A stretch of DNA of 64,000 nucleotides, from positions 207,638,001-207,702,000 of the forward strand of contig OX597815.1 of NCBI GenBank assembly GCA_951406725.2, written 5' to 3'. This DNA is from Octopus vulgaris (Eukaryota). The notes under the pieces were generated by a model, which saw only the letters and a list, made by a program, of their open reading frames with translations, was not told the origin of the DNA and searched no databases. Made by a program: the position numbers and the translations under genes. This document shows, one piece after another, positions 24,701-38,524 of this stretch. Every line of letters begins with the position of its first letter. Position 1 is the first letter of the stretch.

Positions 24701-25545
24701 AACTTAATCATGTATTAAGGAATATTTCTTGTATGAAAGAAGCTTCTTCTTCTTCATGGATGTTGAAGAAGCAAATATCTAACAATTGCAACTTCTATCA
24801 CTGCTTTTAATAAACATATGGAAATATAAATATATAAATAATTCAAAAGAAATGTAGAAATTATATTAATAAAGTGATTTTTGATACCATATAAAGAAAA
24901 CCTCTCTATGAATAAGTGAATATGATAATTGTTATTATAAGAAAACAGAATATTATTTTGGCTTCAACATACCTTAATGTACCTGTATACACACTCACAC
25001 ATAAACACAAGCATTTGTTTTCATGTGTGTGTATGCAAATAATATTTAAATACTTTTGAAAATGTTGTTCTAACTGAATCTTGATGAATAACTTCTTGCT
25101 TTAAATAACAAATCTTAAAAATTTATATTTACTTCCAAATTTCGGCAGAGAGTATTTATGAGATTATAAGAACAGGTGTTTTCTATCTTAAGCTTTTTAT
25201 AATAATCTGGACATTTAGGCTTTCAGTAACCTATATGCTAAAGTACATTGCAATGTTTTTTTTGGTTTTTTTTTTTTTTTCGGAAATATTTTTATTGTTA
25301 TTTGTTTTTAAGAAACCAGAGACTGCACATTTGTTGACTAAAATTCAGAGGCTTGTAAGATTTTAATCTCTTGAATCATAGCTAATAGTCTTGATTCTTA
25401 TAAAAAGCACTGCAGTGCATTTTTAGGCCAGGCAAGTATCACTGTCTGCTTCAATTCATTAATGGAAGATATGCATTCATTTCGTTTACAAAAGAAAACT
25501 GGTTGACATTTGGGAAAATGTATTTCAATAACAAAACATTTTCAT

Positions 25546-25966
25546 TACTCTTTTACTTGTTTTAGTCATTTGACTGTGGCCATGCTGGAGCACCGCCTTT
25601 AGTCGAGCAAATCGACCCCAGCACTTATTCTTTGTAAGCCTAGTACATATTCTATCGGTCTCTTTTGCCGAACCGCTAAGTGACGGGGACGTAAACACAC
25701 CAGCATCAGTTGTCAAGCAATGCTAGGGGGACAAACACAGACACACAAACATACACATACACACACATATATATATATATGTTTATATATACATACATAT
25801 ATATGACAGGCTTCTTTCAGTTTCCGTCTACCAAATCCACTCACAAGGCTTTGGTTGGCCCGAGGCTATAGTAGAAGACTCTTGCCCCAGGTGCCACGCA
25901 GTGGGACTGAACCTGGAACCATGTGGTTGGTAAGCAAGCTACTTACCACACAGCCACTCATGCGCC
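25546..25966 (-). mobile_element. SINE family A (full length)
   Basis: Reverse complement homologous to 62619-63019. Confidence 0.88.
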
Positions 25967-26899
25967 TTTACTATGAATATAAAATTTAATGAATACTGAA
26001 AAATAAGTAACTGTGCTGTTAAGTATTAAGTCCTGATTAAAATATTCCAGTTTTCTTAGATGCTTGTGATTTCAAAATCATAAATGAAACTTTTGAGTCA
26101 CATAAGACAAAACTAATACTTTTGAGAAAGTGGATATTCTCAGAGATCTTGTGGATTAATTAAGTATCTGATTATCAGAAAAATGTTTCTTGTCATAATA
26201 ACAAATAAACTGTAATTTGGTTTGTTGCAATTTTTAGAAAATAGTTGATTCATAAAAGGATGACAAAATTTAAGAAACTTAACAAAATATACTTTGAAAT
26301 TTCAGGACTAGCACATATTAAAATATTTGCACATATTATTTATGTAATTATAAAGGTTTTTAATTTCAATTCATTATTTCAAGTTACAAGATTCAAGATT
26401 GGAACAAGATTTTAAACTTTTAACCACAAAATGTACCGCCAAAAACATGCAAGCATAATTCTTAACAAATGATAGAAAAAATTATATAAAAAATTGAAAA
26501 TGAGAAATAAAAGTTGAAAACTTTTTTGTAATATTAAGGAAAATTATGTAACCAAAGTAACCAAATTTTGAAAAAGAGATAAAAAAAACAAGAGCTGAAG
26601 ATGTATTAGAGAAAGATAGAATACTTGAAATTTCTTTCAATTACCATTTATGTAAAGATATATAGACACCCTGACCACGCAAAGAAAAAAATGAATAAAA
26701 AAATTAATTTTATAGAGATTGCATTGAGAAGAAAAATTTGAATGTGATTAGGTTTTAAAAGATATTTGACTTTACTGAAGCTTTTGCCTGAAAACAGGGC
26801 GGCTATAAGTTCGTTTCTTCCATATATGTCTGGATTGGAAAAAGAAATAAGGTTTTACTAACCAGATTAAAAAAATAAAGGATAAAATACCAAATATAC

Positions 26900-27170
26900 T
26901 GTGAAGTACATTTGCCACTTAAATGTGACTAACCACTAAGGGTGGATGCTACTGTAGCTTGTAGCCCCAGGAGAACATAGCCTCCAGCTGGCTATTGACA
27001 CACTTTCTGTGCCCTGTCAGTATTTGCAAAGGGAAGCCATCCTTTCCATCATCGACCTGACGTGATACGCACGGACCCGGGTTTCTGTGGTTAGCCACAT
27101 TTAAGTGGCAAATATACTTCACATTGTTGTGCAGCTACTGTTTATACCTCGTTCAGATATTTATTATTAC
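26900..27170. repeat. Fold-back repeat family P1 (Penelope-like relic) with half hammerhead motif
   Basis: 37-bp arms at 26900-26936 and 27087-27123. Interior homologous to 59402-59640. Minus strand reads gaaacccgggtc at 27085-27074. Confidence 0.75.
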
Positions 27171-27550
27171 CAAATATACCACTCTCTGGTTTTGTGTCTC
27201 ACTTTCAGTTAGCTGCTCTGGCAATGATCACACTCATACGGTACTCTTAGTGCTCCACTAGCACAGATGCCAGTCATCGAATTTGATATTACTAATCAAT
27301 CAGCTGTGGGTAGTCATTGATAGATCGGTTGTGTTTACTTGATAAATTAGCTGTTGTGTTTAGTTGGTAGATCAATTGTTGAATGCCCCATGTTGATCTG
27401 TGAGTTACCATGCCATTGCACTCACTTCTAATATCTCAAAGATGATGGAGGCAACCATTAACAACATTCTCCTCCAACATTTCGAATCTCCCTCTCTTCC
27501 CTTACTGATCACCAGTACAGCTCTCACACAATCTATATCATTCAGCAGAA

Positions 27551-27786
27551 GGCGTGCTGGCAGACTCGTTAGCACGCTGGGCGACATGCTTAGCAGTATT
27601 TCGTCTGTCGTTACGTTCTGAGTTCAAATTCCGCCGAGGTCGACTTTACCTTTCATCCTTTCAGGGTCGATAAATAAAGTACCAGTTTCGCACTGGGGGG
27701 GGGGGGTCGATGCAATCGACTTAATCCCTTTGTCTGTCCTTGTTTGTCCCCTCTATGTTTAGCCCCTTGTGGGCAATAAAGAAATA
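27551..27786 (+). mobile_element. Young SINE family B (MetaSINE-like) with long TSD
   Basis: TSD tatatcattcagcagaagg at 27534-27552 and 27787-27805. Core gtcgactttacctttcatcctttcagggtcgataaa. Confidence 0.9.
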
Positions 27787-28154
27787 TATATCATTCAGCA
27801 GAAGGTTATAACCCTTAAGAAATCTGGTAAATGCAGTGTCATTAACAACAACACCAGTAAGGCCTTCGACTATGTCAGGTGCATGAATTTCTTATCCAAA
27901 TTGCTTGCCTACGGGGTCCATCCAGCTCCTGGACCCATGGCTTCCAATCAGATCACATAACTACTGCATAGGTGATAGAGCTCTTTCATATCCATAATAT
28001 ATCAACTCTAGTATATCCCAGGGTGCAATTTTGTCCCCTACACTTTTCTCTCTATACGTCAAAATCCTACTTGCTTCACCACCAACAACATTCACTCTTC
28101 TATAGATGATACCTTCTTCTCTAACCTTCCACACCTAAGTGTAGTCTATAAATT

Positions 28155-28527
28155 CTTTTTCCTTCTTTTATACTTTTATTTGTTTCAGTCATTTGACTGT
28201 GGCCATGCTGGAGCACTGCCTTTAGTCAAGCAAATTGACCCCAGGACTTATTCTCTTGCCAAACTGCTAAGTGACGGGGGCATAAACACGCCAGCATCGG
28301 TTGTCAAGCAATGTTGGGGGGGGGGGACAAGCACAGACATATACATACAGACACACATATATATATGACGGGCTTCTTTCAGTTTCCATCTACCAAATCC
28401 ATTCACAAGGCTTTGGTCAGCCCGAGGCCATAGTAGAAGACACTTGCCCAAGGTGCCATGCAGTGGGACTGAACCCAGAACCATGTGGTTCGTAAGCAAG
28501 CTACTTACCACACAGCCACTCCTGCAC
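28155..28527 (-). mobile_element. SINE family A inserted in the LINE relic
   Basis: Homology to family A; possible TSD ctataaa at 28146 and 28528. Confidence 0.85.
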
Positions 28528-28938
28528 CTATAAAGCTCAGACCAAATCAACAATGGAGTATTGCTCCTACATTTGGGACTATTCACACACACACACACAC
28601 GCACACACACATGCACGCACACACACACACAAATACACACACACACAAGTACATCCATCCCACCATAAAAAAAACACTCAACTGATTAGCATGATACCTT
28701 TGACCATCACACACTAATTTCCCGCCTACACAAGTGCTGTCTCAATTCTCAGCTTTCTGCATGATGGAGCTGAGTGGTGTTATACCACCTCGTCCCAGGC
28801 ATTCTAGACTCATTCATTTATTTTCCTCTCTTTCGTAAGCTATCTCACATTCACACTAACCACTAGGCATATTTTTTTTATCCAGTGCAAAACATCAACT
28901 TTTTGGAATTCCCTCACCTGCAGATGTTTTCCTTGCCA

Positions 28939-29322
28939 TGTGTCGGTGGCACATAAAAACACCATCCGAGCGTGGCCGTCTGCCAGCCTCGTCTGGCACC
29001 TGTGTCGGTGGCACATAAAAACACCATCCGAGCGTGGCCGTCTGCCAGCCTCGTCTGGCACCTGTGTCGGTGGCACATAAAAACACCATCCGAGCGTGGC
29101 CGTTCGCCAGCCTCGTCTGGCACCTGTGTCGGTGGCACATAAAATCACCCACTACACTCTCGGAGTGGTTGGCGTTAGGAAGGGCATCCAGCTGTAGAAA
29201 CACTGCCAGATCTGACTGGCCTGGTGCAGCCTTCGGGCTCCCCAGACCCCAGTTGAACCGTCCAACCCATGCTAGCATGGAAAACGGACGCTAAATGATG
29301 ATGATGATGATGATGATGATGA
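28939..29322 (+). mobile_element. Repeat family C with about 3.3 near-perfect 62-bp tandem units
   Basis: gtcggtggcac at 28942, 29004, 29066 and 29128; (gat)n tail. Confidence 0.9.
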
Positions 29323-32300
29323 GTTGTTGTATGTAACTGATATATACCAGAGGTATGTCCTTAGCATATCATTAGCAGTATATCTTCAATATATATGAAT
29401 TGTTGTATTTACTTCACTGATTAACTGCTGCATTGACTTGAGAGATCATTTGTATTTATTTAGAGACTCACAGATACAATATTACTAATTTAATTTGTGG
29501 ATGTGAAAGAGTTCTGTTATCACATGCTGCAGTAGTGTGATCTGGTTGAAAACCACAGATCCTAGAGATGAGAGACAGAGAGTTCCCCTAGGCAGGAAAT
29601 TCAGACAATAAACTAATGTCATACATGGTTGAAGGTTTTGCTGATGCCATGAGCAACAACGCTGCATTTATCAATCATAATATATTGCAAACTGTCCAAC
29701 ACAATGAAGAGAAATACATGTGTGTTTCTCAAACTGATTTCTTTAACATAACTTCATTTCAATATAAAAATAAGATTATGTAAGTTGTTAAAAGGAGATT
29801 AAAGGAAACATTTCTAGATCATTATGTAGATGTTCGCTACAATAGATTGCAGTGATTTTGTAGTAAAATAAGTTATATCAAATCTAAGAAAAGTATTTGG
29901 GAAGTGTGATAAATGTGTTGACGAAAATGATTAAGAATTGATCTGTAAACTCTGCTAATTTGGACCAGAAGTATCAACCCTCTAATATATAATAGTAAAG
30001 ATGCTATCAGTCCAATAACCTAAGCCAAACCTTCCATTAATATTATCAGCATACAAATAAAATATTAGACTAATATTTTTTTTTTCCATCTTTTGTTTGG
30101 TACACAAACTTGTATAATTTTTATACTAACATTTTATTATTGTATGTATTACCTTTCTCATGCTACAATATACATTTTAGTTGCTTATGGTTAGAACTCA
30201 TAAAATCTTGAAAATTTTCAGTTAGCTACTATACAAAATTAGTCAATAGTTTTCTGTAAAAAAAAGTTCAAAGATTTTGAAATAGAATAAGAAACTTTAT
30301 ATTCTCTGTTTTCTCAACATTTGCCTCCTTTAACTTCGTTATTTCTTGGCTAACTTTTAGGAATATCATTTGTGCAGCAAAGGTTGTTTGAAAAGTAAAA
30401 CTATTCAAAACCTATTAAATTTTTAAATCATTAGGTTGGTACCAATATCCCCCTATTTTGATTTCCTTATCCTTAAAGAACTGTGTGCAATACTATTAAA
30501 ATTATTTAAATGTAAAAATATATTTTCTTTTTATTAACATATTGTAAAGTAATATTTATTGCTCTTATTATAAGGAAATACTAGCTATTCCAGTTATTAG
30601 CTAGGAATATAACTTATTTAGTGTATTGGGTTTAAAAGCATTTTACTTTCAGTCATAAGAATTTTCAGTACAATAAAGCATTACAAAAAATCATTTTACT
30701 TTTGCAGTCAACTTGTCTTAAATTATATTTACAGTAATTTATATTCTCTAAATGCATTTGTTTAAACAGTTTTTATTATATTACAATTTTATAGGATATT
30801 TGATTTTCATATTTATATTTTGTGATATTATGGTCAAAAATCAATCCAACTGATATAAACTCTGAAACCAGAAAAACCACTTGAAGTATTAATTAGAAAA
30901 TTGAAAATAATAATAATAATAATAATATAAACATGCATAAATATTTAAAACTATCAAATGATTTTTTTTTTAATATAATGCATTAAAAAACATCAAGATC
31001 TTCCAAGTTATTTTAGCATCACAAAGCTGCACAGTTAACATATTATGGGTGATTGATGGAAGCCCAAACTATATTGTCATGCTCTAACAGCATAAGAAAA
31101 CTTGCTACCAGAATATAATGAATAAAAATCTACAAATTGTAAATGAGAGATATAAAACTGCTTGAATTTAAACTTAAAAATGATAAATCACTACAGAAAA
31201 GTGCCCGCATACCATCAGAGTGCACGCACTCAGACACAAAAAGAAAGATGAAAATTATAAGTAAAGCTATAAAAATAATATATTATAATTGAAAAATAAA
31301 TTAAATAATTTGTAAAGGGAAGCACCATCAAGAGAAATTTCAATTTTAAACCTAGCACGTTTATTAGATTCATACTCTCTAAACAAAATGAGTGCAAAGG
31401 AATCGGATTTCAAGAGAGAGCAAATTTGAATAAAAGAAATAAATAAATAAACCTACTAAAAAGTCAAATGATGATAAAATTGAGAAGCAAACTTGGAAAA
31501 ATAAGTAAACTGAACTAAAGAAAAAGATATCAAATTCCATGAATTCTCAAAGTGCCATTTAATATTACGGTGCTTCCTAGTTTCAAAAATTTTGGGTGAA
31601 TAAAAAAAAAAAATGTCAGCCAAAGGAACTTTCATGCTACTTCTGAATAAATACTCATCTTGACTCATTAAGTTGAAGACACTTTATCGACAGTGCAGTC
31701 ACTTTGTCAACCACATTTGGAAGAACAGGATTTTGTAGTTGCTGTTGTTGGTATTGTTGTTGTTGTTGGTAGTGCTGGTAATTTTTATTATATTATGTTT
31801 TCACTTCTGTTGCAGTCTTCTTTTCAGTGACTTAATACCTTGCTTTTGTTTCTGGCATCTGGCAGGGATTTTAGTTTTGAGTTCTCTTTCACTACTTGTC
31901 TGCAAATTTGTTTCCAAGATGCTATCTTATTTTCATCCTAATGTATTTTCTGATTATTCATTAAGTTTTAAAATATATCTATTCTCACTAAAGTCGAAAA
32001 AAACTCCTCTTAATGAACCATAACTGTTATGCTTCAAGATATTTATTTTTGTCTATAATCTTCCTCATACAACTTTCTGTATAGCAACTTTTTTTTTCCT
32101 TTTGACCATAAAATTTCTGTTATATCCTTTGTATCAGTTGAATTACTTTAAACTATAAATTATTTTAATTTTTATATCTAATACTAAAAGAAATACAGAA
32201 GATTAATCTAAAGGAATATAATAAACTATAGAAACTAAAACTCCGATGAGGTAAAATTGACACTTTATGTTTATGAACCTATCATTTGGAATAAATTACA

Positions 32301-32685
32301 TACTTTTCACAATCTCACCTCATCAACGTTCAGAATAAAATTATCACAGAAAATGTCACCAGTTAGATGACCAATATAAAACTTAAACTGTTATCATAAC
32401 CCAAAATAATTTTCTTATATTTACAAAAGCTTTATAATACAATCTGTTTTCAGATGCTCACACACAACCTTATATACATACAAACACATATATACACACA
32501 TGTGAAAATATTCATTTTTGTCCTAGCACAAAATAATTTTTAAAAGGGGGGGAAAAAGTTAAGCAACAATGATTGTTACAGGAAAAAGTGAACCATTAAG
32601 ACCAACTCTATTGTAGGATAGCTGTTGTATATATGTATGTATGGTATGTGTGCATGTATAAATGTATATGAATTATAATTACACA

Positions 32686-32864
32686 CATATATATATATAT
32701 AATGTAATTATATATATATATATATATGTATATAATGTAATTATATATATATATATATGTATATAATGTAATTATATATATATATATGTATATAATGTAA
32801 TTATATATATATATATATAATGTAATTTTATATATATATATAATGTAATTTTATATATATAATG

Positions 32865-32904
<40 letters not shown>

Positions 32905-32905
32905 G

Positions 32906-32950
<45 letters not shown>
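32686..32950. repeat. Compound (TA)n minisatellite with repeated aatgtaat spacer
   Basis: About 8 units of aatgtaat(t)(ta)n. Confidence 0.95.
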
Positions 32951-32953
<3 letters not shown>

Positions 32954-33722
32954 GTGCGTGTTTATGTATGTATGCACATCAAAAGATATTTAAATAAGTC
33001 TAGAACTAAAAATAAAAAGAAAGACTAATGTAGTTTTTTGTTGTTTATTATTACAACTAAACAGTATCAAAATATGAATTTGTAGATATTCTCATAAATA
33101 ACAGGACGGTGAATATGCTTGATGTATTGTGTAAATTTTAAGTAAACCCTTATTATACACAAAGGACAAGAGTAATATATCTTTGTTGAATAGTTATGAA
33201 TTCTTTACATTGTGTGTGTGTATATCAATACATGTATACCTCCACCCAGAAATATTTTTAATCACATAATATGAATAGAATAGAAAAAAAATATTTTGTC
33301 ACAAAATGCTATTCAAGTAAATATATTTCATGAACCATTTCATTTAAAGTGGGAAATAAAATATATCAGTTCAAAGTCAAGACAACTGAAGTATCATTTT
33401 CCTTTTTTTTTTTTTTATTTGATAGCTTCACTGTCATCACTGCAATCATGGTATGTGCTGATTGAAATTTCCACATGACTACTTTGTAAAGTATACAACC
33501 TTCTGTTGGTAGACTTCACACAAATTTGGGTGCATAAATAGTAATAATAAGAAAAAGAAGTAACCGAGAAACAATAGTTATTGTATTAAGCATAGACAAC
33601 TTTTTTGGAGAAGCAGGCAGCATGAGACATGGATCCTCATCAGGCAGGCTTCAAAGTAAATTTTTATTAGGCATGCCCTTCAGGAAGTTCCAGAGGCTGC
33701 AGGTTGTCCATGACAATATTAA

Positions 33723-33958
33723 ATATTGGTTTCAAATTTTGGCGCAAGGCCAGTAATTTCAGTGGAACGGGGCAAGTCAATTCCATCGAACTCAGTGTAC
33801 TGACATCAACCCCAGTGTACTGTTACTTATTTTATCGACCCTAAAAGGACGAAAGGCAAGGTTGACCTCAGCGAAATTTGATCTCAGAACGTAAAGTCAG
33901 ATGAAATGTTGTAAGCATTTTGTCTGGCTTGCTAACGATTCTGCCAGGTCACTGCCTT
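33723..33958 (-). mobile_element. SINE family B, diverged
   Basis: ttatcgaccctaaaaggacgaaaggcaaggttgacctc homology to family B. Confidence 0.75.
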
Positions 33959-36517
33959 TGACTATATTAAAAATTAAAAAATTCCCAATAGTCATGAAGA
34001 AATGCCATATTTTAGCACAGATCTTTCTTCTAGTCCTTTCCATTTTCTATTCTCTTTCGCCTTGACACATCAGTTCTTTCTGATTTCACCTTAACTGATA
34101 TCAAAAGAAAGTAAATTACAACTTGATTCTCTTAATTCTTCTTTCCATTATTTACTTTCTTTCCTTCTTTCAAGATATCATTCTGAGACTTGTTTCTCTT
34201 GAAACACAACATTATATAATAATTTCCCTCAAAGAACCATACGTATGAAAAGACACGGTTATTTTATTTTTAATTTAGGCAGATTGTTAGCAGAATAAAG
34301 AAAGTGAGTAAAAGTACACCCCCCATGTTGCACAAGCATTGCACTCCCGAAAATTTTGCCATTCTGTGGAGTTCTGCATTGTGGAATCTGTTTTCGACTT
34401 CCATGTTACATGGAAATATCAAAGACAGAAAATGCGTTTCACATTATGGAATTCCACATTAATGCAAGATTTTCGTGAGCATAATACTTTGGTAACACAG
34501 AGGATGCCTGTATTAATGTAAAATGTGAAACTTGAAAAGAATGATGCTTGAAATACATGTGTGTGTGCGTGTGTGTGTGTGTGTGTGCACGCATGTGTGT
34601 GCGCATGTGCATTCATATTTTAAAGTATTTATAGGCATTAATGTCTATGCAGATATATAAGCAAAACTTTACAAACTGTATGTGAGGTTTATAATTAATA
34701 AATCTAGAATCATTAATTACTTATTAATGAAAACATATAAGAGTGTTCAATACATGATTGAATTAAGTATATGTAGAATCTAGAAATATGTTTATAACTG
34801 GAAATTTTAATCTATTCCTTTTACATTTCTGATGATCAAAGACCCCCACCCCAGCAAGACATTCGTATGAAGCCTATTTATTGACTAAAATTTATTTTTA
34901 CTACACAACACACACAGACACACACATACACATGCGGATATATATAAGTTAGTGCATAACATTAGTAAGGCTGGTTGATGAAATGATTTAAATACTATAT
35001 AAAATTATTTGAATTTAAATTTTGATTAAAGAGTGTATAATAGAAGCAGTAATAAATATGCATTATGTATAATGTAAAGAAATATTATATTGCATCCATA
35101 TGACCCATGCATACAACCATTTAAGTATGCATATGACATTCAGTACACATATGTTTAAGAAGAAAAAAATCTGGCAGAAAATAAGTTTTTAGAAAATATT
35201 TTAAAAGAAAAGTTTTCTCTTATGTATAATACTGTTTCAAAGCCACAGCCTAATGGCTGAAATCAGTTAATGAATGAAGAAAACTGTAGAGCAGGTGTCA
35301 GCCCTATATATTCATAAATAAATCATGCAAAATACATTCTTGTAGAAGTTATTCAAAATACTATTCTACACAAAGTTACAACATAAACTTGATTATGCTA
35401 TAAATTTATAATTTCGAGAGAAGGTGCCAAATTTTAAAAAATGCCAATATTGTTTAAGTGATTAAAGTTGGAAAAAAAAAAAAATAAGTAAGATAAACAT
35501 ATATCCAGGAAAACCTTCCGACATTTTCAATTCAATGCTTTTGCTAATCCTTAAATATTTGTGCATTTGGCTTCATTTTTTAATTTTTTTTTTGTCTCAG
35601 TAAATACTGGATCACTTCAGTCATCTATACTCCACTCCTACAGAACAGGGGATTGTGCCTATTCAAAACAAACCATTATTCCTCTTGGTTTATTATATAA
35701 CTTTTTTATAATGATGAAAAAATGATCATATACCGATATATATTTTGCAATAATCTAAATCAACAAAATTATAACCATGAAAATATTTAGTTATCAATAT
35801 ATTACAAATTAACATGACCCCTTGAGCATCTAACGATGACAGAAGTTAACAGGAATCACTAATATGAATCATTAAGTAAATTATTTTGGTACATATTAAT
35901 CTTTGTTTATAATACCTATATCAAGATACATTTCTTAAATATTGATAACTTCAGTGATTAAGAAAGCTATACTGGTATAGCTGTAGAATGGGTTAGATGA
36001 GTTCTATTCAGAAGTATATGTTCACTTCAACCTTACGCTTCACCTACCCACCTTGTAAATCTAATGATATATTCCAGTATAAGAGTGAAATACATTTTGA
36101 CAAACACAAAAGGAGGAAGGCTGATTCCTTACTGACAATACTTCAGGCCAGAACCATGAAGTATAAACCTCATAAAGCAACTATTTTCTTGACAATTGAA
36201 TCTTTGTAAAAATCTTTGAAATAAATAGACACCTATTCTGGTAGCAAATAATTCTGAACAGATCAATGATTTGGACTTCTACGAAAGAATTGATACATGT
36301 AATTAAATAAATTTATTTCTATTATACTAACAATAAGACAAAGGAAAAATTAATCATATCATAGATTTTTTTTAAAGTTTTATATTTTAATTTTAAAATT
36401 TCATCAAAATTTATCTATTTATCTTTAGATGAACTTGTTTCCTTTTTTTTAAAACTTTTATATAGTTCAAGAGAGTTAAAATAATTTAATTTCAAATTAT
36501 TGCAATGTTTAGTGTAC

Positions 36518-36600
36518 CTAACTGACTGTGGCATAGTCACTGATGAAGATTCCCACATGGAGCTGTTCAGAAGGTCGCTGTAGTGAAGATTTTCAATGCA
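36518..36600 (-). CDS. RasGRF: RasGRF exon: CIENLHYSDLLNSSMWESSSVTMPQSV(R)
   Basis: tttgcag acceptor, ag|gtacac donor, 83 nt, phase 0 to 2. Resembles '[28 protein letters not shown]'. Confidence 0.88.
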
Positions 36601-36684
36601 CTGCAAACAGAACAACAAATAAAACATTTCATTGACAATCATACCAAATATTTATTGGGTGTCTTAAATCACATATAAAATACG

Positions 36685-37137
36685 TATCTTTTTATCTTTT
36701 ACTTGCTTCAGCCACTGGACTACAACTATTCTGCGGCACCACCATGAAGGGGTTCAGTCAAACACATTCACCTCAGGACATTTTTTTTAAAGCCTGGTAC
36801 TTATTCAATCATTCTTCTTTTGCTAAACTGAAAGTTACAGGGATGCAAACAAACCAACACCAGTTGTCGAGTGATGAGGGGGGGGGAATATTTTTAGTAT
36901 TTCTCTGAACACACACACATACTCTTTTACTTGTTTCAGTCATTTTGACTGCGGTCATGCTGGAGCACCGCCTTTAGTTGATATACTTAAGTCGAGCAAA
37001 TTAACCCCAGGACTTATTCTTTGTAAGCCTAGTACTTATACTATCGGTCTCTTTTACCAAACCGCTAAGTTACAGGGATGTAAACACACCACCTTCAGTT
37101 GCCAAGCGATGTTGGGGGGACAAACACAGACACACAA

Positions 37138-37169
<32 letters not shown>

Positions 37170-37190
37170 GCAACGGGCTTCTTTCAGTTT
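36685..37190 (-). mobile_element. Two 5'-truncated SINE family A pieces
   Basis: 3' halves at about 36685-36885 and 36920-37190. Confidence 0.75.
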
Positions 37191-37688
37191 GTGTATATGT
37201 AATAAATCTTTGCCACTTGCAGGAAGTAGTGAGATCCTATGGGTAAAAGTGGTGAATTGTAGGGAAAATATGATATTAAGCAATTTCTCAAATTTTTTAA
37301 CTTTCCTTTGTAATATCTGATGAATTTAGTGCAACCAAACCTTTTAAAGACAATTTTATGATTTGTTTAATCTCATGAAATTTGACTTTATAACAAAGAA
37401 AGAAAACATTTACTAAAAATAGTGATTTTTATGTAGGCTTTCTTTTAAATGTGAATGTATTTCAAGGGTTTTCAAAAGACTATAATGATTGGAAAACACT
37501 TGCTTAACCTAAACGTATTTCAATTCTATCTAAAAAAATGCTGATTATGTCTTTTTCTTTTTCCATTTGTAAATTGAAGGTTTATCAAGACAGATTAAAA
37601 ATATAATCACAATAAGACCTCTTCTAATTAATTATTTCAAAAAGTTTTTTTATTTTTTTAAGTATAACAACAAAAATATAGTTCTTAC

Positions 37689-37897
37689 CTGACTAATCTC
37701 ACTACACCAAGCAGCTTTTTCTTGTGGGGTTGCTGCCACTAGGGACAGTGTTAATGGTGGTCCACTTTTTGAATCTATAATAAGACGGAATTCAAGACCA
37801 TGATGATCTGGTCGATCTTTTCCATCAGTTTGGTTTCCCAATGCATTTGGACCAAGTGACTGACTGCCAAAACTGCCAACCGAGTCTAAAGAATAAG
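37689..37897 (-). CDS. RasGRF: RasGRF exon, end of PH2: ...DHHGLEFRLIIDSKSGPPLTLSLVAATPQEKAAWCSEISQ
   Basis: tttag acceptor (alternative in-frame start at 37885), cag|gtaaga donor, phase 1 to 0. Resembles RASGRF1 'LVASSRQEKAAWTSDISQ'. Confidence 0.93.
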
Positions 37898-38055
37898 CTA
37901 AACAAACAAAAGAAACAAAATATTATGTTTACGATGCCTTAATAACAGCAGACATTTAAACAAAAATATCAACCATAAAAAAATATTCAAATTAATATAA
38001 ACATTCTTCAAATCCTGCAGGTAACATTATTACCATATTTGTAGATGATGTTTCA

Positions 38056-38524
38056 TATTTCTTTATTGCCCACAAGGGGCTAAACATAGAGGGGACAAAC
38101 AAGGACAGACAAAGAGGTTAAGTCGATTATATCGATCCCAGTGCATGACTGGTACTTAATTTATCGACCCTGAAAGGATGAAAGGCAAAGTTGACATTAG
38201 TGGAATTTGAACTCAGAACGTAGCAGCAGACGAAATACCGCTAAGCATTTCACCCGGTGTGCTAACATTTCTTATTTCTTTATTACCCACAAGGGGCTAA
38301 ACATAGAGGGGACAAACAAGGACAGACAAAGGGATTAAGTCAATTACATCTACCCCAGTGTATAACTGGTACTTAATTTATCGACCCCGAAAGGATGAAA
38401 GGCAAAGTCGACCTTGGCGGAATTTGAACTCAGAACATAGTGGCAGACAAAATACCGCTAAGCATTTCACCCGGCGTGCAAACATTTCTGCCAGCTCATC
38501 GCTTTAGCTAACGTTTCTGCCAGC
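38056..38524 (-). mobile_element. Head-to-tail dimer of SINE family B within a single TSD
   Basis: Two ~220-bp units. TSD tttgtagat(g/a)atgtttca at 38038-38055 and 38525-38542. Confidence 0.88.

Larger units (their letters stand above)
27395..28935 (+). mobile_element. Decayed non-LTR retrotransposon RT region interrupted by two SINEs
   Basis: Relic motifs YHAIALTSNISKMME, SKAFDYV, SQGAILSPTLF, YKAQ...TMEYCS.IW and FWNSL. Confidence 0.75.

Noticed and set aside
28939-29145. Regularly spaced repeats resembling a CRISPR array
   Set aside because: The units are contiguous near-identical 62-mers with no unique spacers, there are no cas genes, and the context is a eukaryotic retroposon.
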